Below, piece by piece: positions 9,607-19,732 of a stretch of DNA of 64,000 bases. The DNA is taken from assembly GCA_964657965.1 (NCBI GenBank), contig CAZZWP010000003.1:8451-72450 (forward strand). The letters run 5' to 3'. Numbering within the stretch: the first letter of the stretch is position 1; every line of letters starts with the position of its first letter. This DNA comes from an uncultured Rudaea sp. GTDB lineage: Bacteria > Pseudomonadota > Gammaproteobacteria > Xanthomonadales > Rhodanobacteraceae. The notes under the pieces are model-generated. The model did not search any database. It had not been told where the DNA came from and was given only the letters and a program-made list of their open reading frames with translations. Both the position numbers and the translations under genes were made by a program.

Positions 9607-12117
9607 ATGAGAATTTTTCTACGTTTACTCCGTTACATGTTGATTTTGGGAGTTTCTGGAGTCCTTTTAGCATGCCTTGCGGTCGGTGTCGCGTATTGGT
9701 TGATCGCGCCGCGGCTTCCATCCGTCGAAACATTGCGCGATGTCCGGCTACAGGTTCCACTGCGCGTATACAGTAGCGACAGCAAGCTCATCGCGACGAT
9801 CGGCGAGACGCGCCGCATCCCGATCAAGATCGAACAAGTTCCTCCGCAACTTAAAAATGCGTTCCTCGCCGCCGAAGACGCGAACTTCTATAGTCATCCT
9901 GGCGTCGATTGGCAAGGCGTCGCGCGCGCGATCGGTTTGATGGTCAGCAAGCGTACGTTGCACGTACCAGGTGGCAGCACGATTACGCAACAAGTCGCGC
10001 GTGGGTTTTTTCTCAGCTCGGAAGTGAGTCTCACGCGTAAGTTCACGGAGATTTTTTTGTCGTTCCGCATCGAGCGCGAGCTGACCAAGGACGAAATCTT
10101 CGAGCTTTATCTCAATAAAATTTTCTTTGGCAACCGCGCGTATGGCGTTGCGGCGGCAGCTGAATTCTATTACGGCAAGACGCTCGATCAGCTCACGCTC
10201 GGCGAAAGCGCGATGCTCGCGTCACTGCCGAAATTTCCTTCGAGTAGCAACCCGCTGAGCAATCGCGCACGCGCGACTGAACGTCGCAAGTACGTGTTGG
10301 AACGCATGCTCGAAAACGGTTTCATTACTGCTGAGCAGCTGAAACAAGCCGACGCTGAGCCGGATCGCTCTTACGCACACGAACCGCCCATCGAAGTCGA
10401 GGCGCCGTGGATCGCGGAAATGGTGCGTCAGGATGTGCTCGACAAACTCGGCAATGAAGCGTCGACCGACGGTTACTCGGTTTATACGACGATTGATGCG
10501 CACGATCAGGACGCCGCCAACCAGGCGCTGCGCGACGACTTGATGGCTTACGATCAACGCCACGGTTTTCGCGGACCGGAAGCTCACGTCGATCTTCCTG
10601 ACCATCCGTTGCCCGCCGATCTCGACAAGCGACTCGAGGCGTTTCATCCCATCGTCGGACTGCTACCCGGCATTGTCATCGAAAGCGGCGACAAATCGGC
10701 CGACGTGTATTTGCAGGACGGCCAATCGGTTCCGCTCGATATGCCCGCGGTTGCTTGGGCGAGCCGATACAAAGACGAACGTCACCGCGGCGGCGCGCCG
10801 AAGAAAGTCAGCGACGTTTTGCAGGCGGGCGATATCGTTCGTCTCGCACGCAACGACGAAGGCAAATGGAAGCTATCGCAGTTGCCGACGGTGCAAGGTG
10901 CGCTGGTCGCACTCGATCCGGAAGACGGTGCGATCAGGGCCGAAGTCGGCGGTTTCAGTTTCTCGAAGAGTAAGTTCAACCGTGCCGTGCAATCGGCGCG
11001 TCAACCGGGTTCGAGCTTCAAACCGTTCTTCTACTCAGCGGCGTTCGAACATGGTTTCACGCCCGCGTCGATCATCAACGACGCGCCGATCGTCTTCCCC
11101 GATCCATCCAAACCCAATGGGCTTTGGACGCCGCAAAACGACGACGGCAAATTCGATGGTCCGATGCGTCTACGCGAAGCGATGGTCGTGTCGAAAAATC
11201 TCGTGTCCGTACGGCTGCTCGATGCCATCGGCGTGCACTACGCGCGCGAGTTCGTGACGCGTTTCGGATTTACGTTGGAACAGATTCCGGAGAATCTTTC
11301 GATGGCGCTCGGTACGGCCGCCGTGTCGCCGTTGACCATGGCGCGTGCGTATGCCGTTTTCGCCAACGGCGGTTTCCTCGTCGATCCCTACTTCGTCGAT
11401 CGCGTCGTCGATCGGGACGGTAAAGAAGTATACAAATCGCAACCGGCGGTCGCCTGCCGCCATTGTCCGCAACGGTTGCTCGAAGATGCCCGCGAACAAG
11501 CACAAATCGATGCGAAGACGAATGGCGGCGCCACGGTAATCAAGACAGCGCTGTCGCCGATTTCCTCCGCGCAAGCCGCGACGACCACATCGGCCAACGC
11601 CGACGCGAATTCTCCCAAGCTCGCACCGCGAGCACTCGATGCCCGTACCACGTACCTGATCGGCTCGCTGCTGCATGACGTCGTGCGGCGCGGTACCGGC
11701 GCGGGCGCGATGGTATTAAAGCGCAGCGATTTGGCCGGAAAGACAGGTTCGACGAACGATCATCGCGACGGCTGGTTCAGCGGCTACAACGATGCCATCG
11801 TCGCCAGTGCATGGGTAGGATTCGACGATTTCACATCGCTCGGCTACAAAGAATTCGGCGCTGAAACGGCGCTGCCGATGTGGATCAGCTTCATGCGCAC
11901 TGCACTGAAAGGGGTCCCCGAAAAACCGTTCGAAATGCCCACCGGTATTACGACGGCGCGCATCGATCCCGAAACCGGACAACTCGCCGCCAGCGATGAT
12001 GCGCACTCGATGCTCGAAGTATTCAAAGTCGAAGATATTGCCCGACTGGCAACGGGGCCGGAGAATCCCACCGAGCAGGAAAAGAAAGTCCAGCAGGACG
12101 CCTACGGAATTTTCTGA
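9607..12117 (+). CDS. mrcA: Penicillin-binding protein 1A (bifunctional glycosyltransferase/transpeptidase)
   Basis: 836 aa with an N-terminal TM. GT51 motifs (EDANFYSHPGVD, GGSTITQQ). Transpeptidase motifs SSFK and KTGSTN. Divergent from pilM, the classical arrangement. Confidence 0.95.
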   Translation: MRIFLRLLRYMLILGVSGVLLACLAVGVAYWLIAPRLPSVETLRDVRLQVPLRVYSSDSKLIATIGETRRIPIKIEQVPPQLKNAFLAAEDANFYSHPGVDWQGVARAIGLMVSKRTLHVPGGSTITQQVARGFFLSSEVSLTRKFTEIFLSFRIERELTKDEIFELYLNKIFFGNRAYGVAAAAEFYYGKTLDQLTLGESAMLASLPKFPSSSNPLSNRARATERRKYVLERMLENGFITAEQLKQADAEPDRSYAHEPPIEVEAPWIAEMVRQDVLDKLGNEASTDGYSVYTTIDAHDQDAANQALRDDLMAYDQRHGFRGPEAHVDLPDHPLPADLDKRLEAFHPIVGLLPGIVIESGDKSADVYLQDGQSVPLDMPAVAWASRYKDERHRGGAPKKVSDVLQAGDIVRLARNDEGKWKLSQLPTVQGALVALDPEDGAIRAEVGGFSFSKSKFNRAVQSARQPGSSFKPFFYSAAFEHGFTPASIINDAPIVFPDPSKPNGLWTPQNDDGKFDGPMRLREAMVVSKNLVSVRLLDAIGVHYAREFVTRFGFTLEQIPENLSMALGTAAVSPLTMARAYAVFANGGFLVDPYFVDRVVDRDGKEVYKSQPAVACRHCPQRLLEDAREQAQIDAKTNGGATVIKTALSPISSAQAATTTSANADANSPKLAPRALDARTTYLIGSLLHDVVRRGTGAGAMVLKRSDLAGKTGSTNDHRDGWFSGYNDAIVASAWVGFDDFTSLGYKEFGAETALPMWISFMRTALKGVPEKPFEMPTGITTARIDPETGQLAASDDAHSMLEVFKVEDIARLATGPENPTEQEKKVQQDAYGIF

Positions 12118-12740
12118 TGCATCAGCAAGGCTCTTCGCGCAGTTCGGCCGATATGCGTCGCCGTGTCGCGCTCGAAGCGGCGCGCTTGATGAGCGAACAT
12201 GGGATTCGCGACTTTCATCTGGCCAAACGCAAAGCCGCTGAACGTCTCAACGCCGGCGACAAAACGCAGTTGCCGAACAATGCCGAAATCGAAGAGGCGC
12301 TGCGCGAACATCAGCGCCTGTTTCAAGGCGACGAGCATCCGCAACTGATACGCCATTTGCGCGAAGAAGCGCGCGAGGCGATGAAGTTTTTTGCGGCGTT
12401 CGAACCGCGTCTCGTCGGCGCCGTTCTGGAAGGCACGGCGGATAAATACTCCGCGATCTGTCTTCACCTGTTCTGCGATGCGCCGGAGCACGTGATGATT
12501 TTGCTCGACGAAAACCGCATCGACTACACCGAACAAGATCGTCGACTGCGTTTTGCCCACGATAAGTTTCAGGAATATCCCGTACTCATCGTGCCGCGTG
12601 ACGAGTTGCGTATCGATTTGACACTTTTGCCGCACGAAGCGATTCGCCAAGCACCGTTGGATCGCGTCGACGAAAAACCGATGCGCCGCGCGACGATCGC
12701 TGCGCTGGAAAAATTACTCGCCGACGACGGCGCGAAATAA
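12117..12740 (+). CDS. Conserved hypothetical protein, translationally coupled to ponA
   Basis: 207-aa ORF whose ATG overlaps the ponA stop by 1 nt (TGATG). Coding-like composition. I recognise no family by eye. Confidence 0.6.
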   Translation: MHQQGSSRSSADMRRRVALEAARLMSEHGIRDFHLAKRKAAERLNAGDKTQLPNNAEIEEALREHQRLFQGDEHPQLIRHLREEAREAMKFFAAFEPRLVGAVLEGTADKYSAICLHLFCDAPEHVMILLDENRIDYTEQDRRLRFAHDKFQEYPVLIVPRDELRIDLTLLPHEAIRQAPLDRVDEKPMRRATIAALEKLLADDGAK

Positions 12741-12748
12741 ACTCGGAT

Positions 12749-14041
12749 TTATCGCTTCGCGATCGGTGCGTAATCGCGTTTTACCGCACCGGTGTAAATC
12801 TGGCGCGGACGGCCGATCTTCGTTTCTTTGTCCGTGTGCTGTTCGAGCCAATGCGCAACCCAGCCGGCTGTGCGCGCGATCGCGAACATGACCGTGAACA
12901 TTTCCGTCGGAATCTTCAGCGCCTTGTAGATGATGCCGGAATAAAAATCGACGTTCGGATACAACTTGCGCTCGACGAAATACGGATCCTTCAGCGCGGC
13001 TTGTTCCAGTTCCAACGCGACATCGAGCAGGGGGTCCTGCACGTTCAAATCTTTCAGAACCTTGTGCGTCATCTCGCGAATGATCGTCGCGCGCGGATCG
13101 AAATTCTTGTAAACGCGGTGACCGAATCCCATCAGGCGGAACCCGGAGTTTTTGTCTTTCGCACGTTCGACCGCTTTGCCGACGTTTTTCGCATCGCCGA
13201 TTTCAGCGAGCTGTTTCAACACGGCTTCGTTCGCGCCGCCATGGGCTGGGCCCCACAATGCCGCGATGCCGGCGGCAACGCACGCGTAAGGATTCGCGCC
13301 GGTCGAGCCGACCAGCCGCACCGTCGACGTACTCGCGTTCTGTTCGTGATCGGCGTGCAGAATAAATAAAAGATCGAGCGCCTTTGCGATCGTCGGATTC
13401 AACTCGAGCGGTTCGCTCGGCACCTCGAACATCATGTGCAGAAAGCGCGTGCAGTACTCGAGATTGTTGCGCGGATAACGGATCGGCCAGCCGATGGAAT
13501 AGCGATAGGCGGCGGCGGCGATCGTCGGCATTTTGGCGATGAGACGAATCGCGGCGAGACGGCGCTGTTCCGGATCGTTGATATCGAGCGTGTCGTGATA
13601 AAATGCCGACAACGACGCGATCGATCCGCACAGCATCGCCATCGGATGCGCGTCGTAATGGAATCCGTGCAGAAAGTTTTTCAGCGATTCGTGCATCATC
13701 GTGTGATGCGTCACTTCGTGCTCGAACGCCTTGAACTTGGTGGCGTCCGGCAATTCGCCGTTGATCAGTAGATAAGCGACTTCAAGAAAATTGGAATTCT
13801 TCGCGAGCTGCTCGATCGGATAGCCGCGATACAACAACACGCCTTTGTCGCCGTCGATGAACGTAATCGCGCTGCGCGTGGCCGCCGTGGAAACGAACCC
13901 CGGATCGAACGTGAAGTAACCGAGATCCTTGTGCAGCTTGCCGATATCGATGGCGGCTTCGCCGAGACTTCCGCTCACTAGCGGCAACGTGCTGGTCTTG
14001 TCGCTAGCGCTATCGGTCAGCAGGACGGTTTTATCGGCCAT
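12749..14041 (-). CDS. gltA: Citrate synthase (type II)
   Basis: Start taken at internal Met24 ([11 protein letters not shown] 14041). Motifs [17 protein letters not shown] and GFGHRVYK. Confidence 0.95.
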   Translation of the reverse strand: MADKTVLLTDSASDKTSTLPLVSGSLGEAAIDIGKLHKDLGYFTFDPGFVSTAATRSAITFIDGDKGVLLYRGYPIEQLAKNSNFLEVAYLLINGELPDATKFKAFEHEVTHHTMMHESLKNFLHGFHYDAHPMAMLCGSIASLSAFYHDTLDINDPEQRRLAAIRLIAKMPTIAAAAYRYSIGWPIRYPRNNLEYCTRFLHMMFEVPSEPLELNPTIAKALDLLFILHADHEQNASTSTVRLVGSTGANPYACVAAGIAALWGPAHGGANEAVLKQLAEIGDAKNVGKAVERAKDKNSGFRLMGFGHRVYKNFDPRATIIREMTHKVLKDLNVQDPLLDVALELEQAALKDPYFVERKLYPNVDFYSGIIYKALKIPTEMFTVMFAIARTAGWVAHWLEQHTDKETKIGRPRQIYTGAVKRDYAPIAKR

Positions 14042-14199
14042 GGCGAATTCCTTGAAAAGCGTGTGGACTCGTCCTCGATCACCATGCCGGAAATGAGGAC
14101 GTTCAGGCACGACCGTGCCCGCACACGCGCATTATCGCATACGCGTTTGACAGTTAGCGCAACGAACGGTGGAACGGTCAACCGTTTCGAATCACATCG

Positions 14200-14240
14200 G
14201 CAAAAAAGCAAAACGCCGCTCGATAAAATCGAACGGCGTT
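14200..14240 (-). terminator. Putative intrinsic terminator after rpmE2
   Basis: About 12-bp stem (AACGCCGCTCGA / TCGAACGGCGTT, one mismatch) with a TAAAA loop. On the minus-strand transcript it is followed by a T-rich run. It lies about 50 nt past the rpmE2 stop. Confidence 0.5.
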
Positions 14241-14286
14241 GCGGTTGCAGCAAGTGTCGGCCGCTGAACGGCGGACGAAGTCGCGA

Positions 14287-14532
14287 TTATTTCGCGCCGT
14301 AGCGACGACGGAATTTGTCGACGCGCCCGCCAGCATCGATGACCTTGTGCTTGCCCGTATAAAACGGGTGCGACTTGCTGGAAATTTCCACTTTGACGAC
14401 GGGATATTCCTTGCCGTCTTCCCACTTGATCTTGTCCTTCGACGTCATGGTGGAGCGTGTCAGGAACGAAAAATCGGCGGAGATGTCCTGGAACACGACG
14501 TCTTCGTACTTCGGATGCGTTTCGGCTTTCAT
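14287..14532 (-). CDS. rpmE2: 50S ribosomal protein L31 type B (no Zn-ribbon cysteines)
   Basis: Internal Met23 start (MKAETHPKY). L31 signature FYTGK...[11 protein letters not shown]. There are no CxxC motifs, hence type B. Confidence 0.9.
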   Translation of the reverse strand: MKAETHPKYEDVVFQDISADFSFLTRSTMTSKDKIKWEDGKEYPVVKVEISSKSHPFYTGKHKVIDAGGRVDKFRRRYGAK

Positions 14533-14656
14533 GGGAATTGTCCGGAAAACTGGCGAGAAAAGAGCGATATGGTATCGTCTTCGGCCGTCTCGGCGCAAGT
14601 AACTTGCTCTTTGCTACCGAGCATCGGAGTTCCTCTCCGCTAAAACCAAGTGACTG

Positions 14657-17600
14657 ATGCGATTAATTTTTGTTGGCATTCTGCTGTTTTCATCGATCGC
14701 CTCGACGGGCGCGCAAACACCGCCGCCGGCCAGCGCTACGCTGCCGCCGACGAATGCGACGGCGATCGCCAATGCGCTCAACGCGTTGCCCAACCAACAC
14801 GGCGCAAGCAAGGCAGACCAGCTCGCAGCCGAAGATTTATTGCACCAGTCGCAAGCCGATGAAGCGCAGGCGGACGATCTGGCACGGCAATGGCAAACCC
14901 TGCGCGATACCGCCGATGGCGCAGACGATGCCGCGGCAAAAATCGAAGCCGCATTGGCGCAAGACGATTCGGACGACCTCGACGCCTGGCGAAAAAATTT
15001 GCCGGCGCATGCCTCTTCCGGCCAACTGGAATCGATGCTGGCCACTGAGCGCGCAACGTTGACCGCCGCGCGCAGTGCGGTCACCGCACTCGACGCCGAA
15101 ACTCACCAACAAAGTGCTCGCCCCACGCAAATCCGGGATGAACTGACGGCTGCTTATGCGGCGCTGGACGCGGCCAGCTTGCCGGTCGAACACAAATCCG
15201 ACACTGCGCCGGTTGTCACGGCCCGACGTCTGCGCGCGCAATCGGCCGCACGATTGGCGACGATTCAAATAGCCTTGCTCGAACTCGAGAATCGCAGCTA
15301 CGAACCGCGCATGCGGCTGCTCTCCGCTCAACTGCGACAGCGTCAACGCACCATCGGCGAATTGAGCCAGCACGTGTCGACGCTCGAATCGCTGTTGCTC
15401 AATCGCACCGACGAATACGTCGACGACTTGCGCACACGCGTCATGCAACAGAGCGCGAATATCCCCGCTAACGCACATCTTTTGTCGGAGGCGGCAACCA
15501 CGAACATCACGCTGACCAATCAGTTGGCGCAGACGATCGCTCGCTTGTCGGAATTGCGTGTACAAAAACAGGAGTTGGACGCGACGCGTCAGGAAACCGA
15601 ACAGGCGCTGCAAAATACGAATGAACGCATTCGCATCGGCGGCGTGAGTGAGGCGGTCGGCCTGATCCTTCTCGCCGAACAGCGCAAACTGAAGTCCGTC
15701 GGATTGCTCAAGCGACAACTCGCGTCGCTGCAGACCGAACTGGCCGGCGCGCGCATGGATTTGATCGCCACTCGCGAACGTCAGACCGCACTGACCGACA
15801 TCGATTCGGTAGTCGATCAGACCCTGCGTCGCGCACCGAATATCCCCGCGGACAGACTGGACGACGTGCGTTCGCAGCTACGCTCACTGCTCGGCACACG
15901 CGTAGAAATCGTCTCGCAACTTACTGCACAACTGCGCCGGCTCGCCGAGTCGCTGGGCGATGCCGAGCAAGAACAGACGATCGTCACCGACACGACCGCC
16001 GAGCTTTCCGCGAAGCTCGACGAACGCTTGCTCTGGACACCCAGTCACGCGCCGGTGAGTTTGTCGTGGCTGATGCAATTGCCTGCCGACACGTTCAATT
16101 TTTTCTATTCGCGTCGTTGGGTCACGTCGTTCCAGAACGCGGCGAGTTCCGTTGTCGCCCGGCCGCTGACCGCGATCTTGGGTTTTTTCGCCCTGGTCGT
16201 TGCCATCGTGGCCAAACGCCGTGCGCCGAAACGGCTCGAAGCGCTAGCCGTGCCGATGCGGCGGATGCGAACCGACAGTTATGCGCTTACCGGCGAAGCG
16301 CTCGCGTGGACCGCGCTTTGCGTCGTACCCGCTCCGCTCGCCGTCTGGATGCTCGGCCGGCTGTTTCAGCAAAGCGAAACGAGCGCTGCGAGTTTTTCCG
16401 ATGCTATCGCCAGCGCGTTGATCGCGGTCGTCATGCCCGTCGCCGTACTCGCTCTCATGCGCGCGCTGACGATGGAAAACGGACTCGCCCAATATCATTT
16501 CCGCTGGCCGAGACCACGACGCGAAGCGCTGCATAGCGGCGCGCCGATCCTCGCACTCATCGCCGTGCCGACGACATTTCTGATCAAGATGATGTCGCGT
16601 CCTGACATCGACGCGCCGCTCGACACGTTCGGACGCGCACTGCTCGTCGTCGCACTCGCGGCAACCGGATGGATCAGCTGGTGGTTCTTCGCGCCGGGTC
16701 GATTGTGGACATTGCGTCAGGTCGTTTTGCAGGAACCGATACGACTGCGCCAATTCGTTCGCATATTTCTTTCCGTCATGTGCGGCATCTTCGCCGTGCT
16801 GGTGCTTCTCGGCTACGTGGTCACGGTCGATACGCTTGCCACGCACATGGTCGAAACGATCGGCATTGCGCTGATCATCGCCACGTTGCACGGACTGGCC
16901 GTGCGCTGGCTCGTGCTCGGTGAACGCCGGCTGGCCTTCAAGCGTATGCAAGCGAAGTCGGAATCCGCCGCTGCCGAAAACACGTCGCCCGACGGCGAGG
17001 CACGTCCCGAACTTCCGGAAGCCGAAGAAATCACTATCGCCAGTCTGAGTGCGCAAACACGCCGACTGCTGCGCGCCTTGACGATCGTCGTAACGGCCAG
17101 CGTACTGCTGTGGGTTTGGTCCGATGTCACGCCCGCGTTGTCGTATCTCGGCGACACGAACGCGTGGACGTTGACGCAGGCCGTCGATGGCAAGGAAGTC
17201 AGCATCAAGGTCAGTTGGCGCGATCTGATCGAAGCGTGCGTGATGATCGTGCTCACCTGGGTCGCGACACGAAATCTTCCGGGCTTACTCGAAGTGGGTG
17301 TGCTGCGCCGATTCCACGTCGATGCCGCCACGCGGTATGCGGCCACGAGCGTGACGCGTTATCTCATCGTCTTCACCGGCGTGATTCTCGGATTGTCGAT
17401 GCTCGGCTTGCGTTGGGCGAATCTGCAATGGCTGGCCGCGGGATTTTCCGTCGGGCTCGGTTTCGGCATGCAGGAAATTTTCGCGAATTTCATTTCAGGT
17501 TTGATCGTCTTGTTCGAACGCCCATTCCGCATCGGCGATATCGTCACCATCGGCAATGTCGAAGGCACGGTCGCGCGCATCCGCACACGCGCGACGACGA

Positions 17601-18067
17601 TCGTGGACTGGGACAACAAAGAAGTCGTCGTCCCAAACAAGAGTTTCATCACCGACCGGCTCGTCAACTGGACGCTATCGGATTCGACGACGCGTATCGT
17701 CATCAAAGTCGGCATCGCCTATCGCAACGATCCGCGCGCGGCGCAAAAAATTCTGCTCGACGTCGCGAATTCACACAAGCAGGTGTTACGCGATCCCGCG
17801 CCGAGTTGCCCCATGACCGGTTTCGGCGACAGCACGCAGAATTTCGAGTTGCGGGTTTACGTCGGCGAAATCAGCCAACGCGGATCGGTACAGAACGAGT
17901 TGCAATTCCGCATCGTCGATGTGTGCCGCGAGCACGACATCGAACTGGCATTTCCACAACGCGACATCTGGATTCGCAATCCGGAATCGTTGCGGCCGAG
18001 CACCGACGAAGCCGAAAACGCAAACAAGCAAAAACTGTCGTCAAGCTCCGAGCGTGCCGGCGATTAG
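14657..18067 (+). CDS. mscK: Large mechanosensitive channel of the MscK/KefA (MscS superfamily) type
   Basis: 1136 aa. Signal peptide and a long Ala/Gln/Leu-rich coiled-coil periplasmic part. Multiple TM helices. C-terminal MscS core (GFGMQEIFANFISGLIVLFERPFRIGD). Confidence 0.85.
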   Translation: MRLIFVGILLFSSIASTGAQTPPPASATLPPTNATAIANALNALPNQHGASKADQLAAEDLLHQSQADEAQADDLARQWQTLRDTADGADDAAAKIEAALAQDDSDDLDAWRKNLPAHASSGQLESMLATERATLTAARSAVTALDAETHQQSARPTQIRDELTAAYAALDAASLPVEHKSDTAPVVTARRLRAQSAARLATIQIALLELENRSYEPRMRLLSAQLRQRQRTIGELSQHVSTLESLLLNRTDEYVDDLRTRVMQQSANIPANAHLLSEAATTNITLTNQLAQTIARLSELRVQKQELDATRQETEQALQNTNERIRIGGVSEAVGLILLAEQRKLKSVGLLKRQLASLQTELAGARMDLIATRERQTALTDIDSVVDQTLRRAPNIPADRLDDVRSQLRSLLGTRVEIVSQLTAQLRRLAESLGDAEQEQTIVTDTTAELSAKLDERLLWTPSHAPVSLSWLMQLPADTFNFFYSRRWVTSFQNAASSVVARPLTAILGFFALVVAIVAKRRAPKRLEALAVPMRRMRTDSYALTGEALAWTALCVVPAPLAVWMLGRLFQQSETSAASFSDAIASALIAVVMPVAVLALMRALTMENGLAQYHFRWPRPRREALHSGAPILALIAVPTTFLIKMMSRPDIDAPLDTFGRALLVVALAATGWISWWFFAPGRLWTLRQVVLQEPIRLRQFVRIFLSVMCGIFAVLVLLGYVVTVDTLATHMVETIGIALIIATLHGLAVRWLVLGERRLAFKRMQAKSESAAAENTSPDGEARPELPEAEEITIASLSAQTRRLLRALTIVVTASVLLWVWSDVTPALSYLGDTNAWTLTQAVDGKEVSIKVSWRDLIEACVMIVLTWVATRNLPGLLEVGVLRRFHVDAATRYAATSVTRYLIVFTGVILGLSMLGLRWANLQWLAAGFSVGLGFGMQEIFANFISGLIVLFERPFRIGDIVTIGNVEGTVARIRTRATTIVDWDNKEVVVPNKSFITDRLVNWTLSDSTTRIVIKVGIAYRNDPRAAQKILLDVANSHKQVLRDPAPSCPMTGFGDSTQNFELRVYVGEISQRGSVQNELQFRIVDVCREHDIELAFPQRDIWIRNPESLRPSTDEAENANKQKLSSSSERAGD

Positions 18068-18967
18068 CGTTTCGAAGCGCATTTGATCGATATCCATCAC
18101 GATGCGCGCGTTCGCCGGATTTCCCAGTCGTTTGTCCCAATCCACGACCGTCGCACCGCGCGTCAGCGAACCGTTTAATTCGATGGCGACGTGACGATCG
18201 TCGGCCGTGCGAACGATATCCGGCTCCAACGTCACGGCCAACGCCAACGCATCCGCCACCAGTAGACGTGGCCGGCCTCGCTGCACGGTCCATTCGCGCG
18301 TCTTCTTCGAGATCGAATCATAAAATCTCGACAGTGGCGATTTACTCTCGAACCACTTATCGAGCTTCGCAAACTCGATGCCGTGTCGCGTCGTCAGTTC
18401 CCAGTCCACAAGTGTAAATTGCGGCCAAGTGGAAAAAACGACATGGGCGGCTTCCGGATCGAATCCGATGTTGAATTCGGCAGGAATCAACTGCGTGTTG
18501 CCGCGCCCGGTGACGGCGCCGCCCATGATGACGAGTTTTGCGATGCGTTCCGGTAACGTAGGATCCAATCGAAGGGCGAGCGCTAAATTGGTCAATGGCG
18601 CAATACACGCAATGACGAGCTCGCCCGCGTGTTCGTGCGAGAGCCGCACTATCGCGCGAGCGGCCTGCTCATGTTCAGCGCCGCGGCGGCTGGGCATGTA
18701 ACCGGTATCGCCGAAACCGTCGTTGCCGTGCACGAACGCCGCATCGGCGGCGGGCAGCACGAGCGGATGGGCGCATCCGGCGAACACCGGCGTGTGCGCG
18801 CCGATGACGTCGACCAACTTCAACGCATTGGCGACGGTGTTCGTCAGCCCGACATTCCCCGCCGCAATCGTCAACGCGACGACTTCGGCGTGCGCGTGCG
18901 CCAGCATGATCGCCAACGCATCGTCGACGCCGGGATCAGTGTCGATTAAAAGTTTCGTGCGCTTCAT
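18041..18967 (-). CDS. Inosine/uridine-preferring nucleoside hydrolase family protein
   Basis: 308 aa with the N-terminal aspartate cluster DTDPGVDDALAI typical of IU-nucleoside hydrolases. The 3' end overlaps the convergent mscK by 27 nt. Confidence 0.85.
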   Translation of the reverse strand: MKRTKLLIDTDPGVDDALAIMLAHAHAEVVALTIAAGNVGLTNTVANALKLVDVIGAHTPVFAGCAHPLVLPAADAAFVHGNDGFGDTGYMPSRRGAEHEQAARAIVRLSHEHAGELVIACIAPLTNLALALRLDPTLPERIAKLVIMGGAVTGRGNTQLIPAEFNIGFDPEAAHVVFSTWPQFTLVDWELTTRHGIEFAKLDKWFESKSPLSRFYDSISKKTREWTVQRGRPRLLVADALALAVTLEPDIVRTADDRHVAIELNGSLTRGATVVDWDKRLGNPANARIVMDIDQMRFETLIAGTLGA

Positions 18968-18997
18968 CGAAAATTCCGAATCATCTCTGGCGTCATG

Positions 18998-19732
18998 CTA
19001 TCCCAAGCGGCGGGCGACGATGACGCGACGTCCCGATCTCCAAGGAATATCGCTTGAAGGAGGCAGCAATTTTACGTCGTCGAATCCCGCCGTCTTCACA
19101 CGCTCGACAATATCGATTCCGTAATCGCGATAGACCAGAATCTGTTTGCCGCCGCGCAGCGGATCGGTATGAAATGACGGCGGCAATACGTTTTCCACGA
19201 TGCCGCGCATCAAGCGTGCCCGCTCTATTGTGCGATCGCCGTCACTCAATGGCACCGTGAACAGCATCACGCCGCCGATTTTCAAGACGCGATGCAACTC
19301 GCGAAATGCGCGCGCGTCGTCGGGCACATGCTCGAAGACTTCGGTGTGCGTGACGAGATCAAAACGGTGATCGGCGTAAGTCAGGCACTGCACGTCTTCG
19401 CAACGGACGCCATCACGAACATCGCCTGGCGCGACATCCGAAAAATATTCGGACGTCGCGAGATTGCGCGTGTGATTGCCGAGGTAATTCACGAGCGGAC
19501 CGCGCGCGGATAATTCGCACGCGTCAGAAGATCCCAAATCGATCGACGACTGTTTCAAAGCCCACCCGATCGACAGATGCACCGCACTGGCGCCGCAACG
19601 ACTACAACGGATTCCGATTTCGTCGTCGCGCAGGCGGACGATGAGCGTCGGACCACAAAACGGGCAACGCCGCGCCGCCATCGCAAATTCGCGCGGACGC
19701 ATCAACGCGAGGGCTGCCCGCATCCGCGACAT
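18998..19732 (-). CDS. Class I SAM-dependent methyltransferase with an N-terminal CxxC...CxxC zinc ribbon
   Basis: The 345-aa ORF overlaps recG. The plausible start is Met102 (ATG 19732), forming an ATGA overlap with the recG stop. Zn-ribbon CPFCG...CSRCG. Methyltransf_11-like core (FDLVTHTEVFEHVPD, LKIGGVMLFTVP). Confidence 0.75.
   Translation of the reverse strand: MSRMRAALALMRPREFAMAARRCPFCGPTLIVRLRDDEIGIRCSRCGASAVHLSIGWALKQSSIDLGSSDACELSARGPLVNYLGNHTRNLATSEYFSDVAPGDVRDGVRCEDVQCLTYADHRFDLVTHTEVFEHVPDDARAFRELHRVLKIGGVMLFTVPLSDGDRTIERARLMRGIVENVLPPSFHTDPLRGGKQILVYRDYGIDIVERVKTAGFDDVKLLPPSSDIPWRSGRRVIVARRLG

Noticed and set aside
14533-14656. Searched the rpmE2 upstream region for a Zur box, since type-B L31 genes are often zinc-regulated.
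   Set aside because: I found only a weak 5+5 palindrome (CGATA-TGG-TATCG). Nothing resembles the AT-rich Zur operator, so I cannot support a regulatory call.
17110-18417. 435-aa plus-strand ORF running out of frame through the mscK 3' half and into the nucleoside hydrolase antisense.
   Set aside because: It is out of frame with the MscS core motifs, and its composition is extremely Arg-rich.
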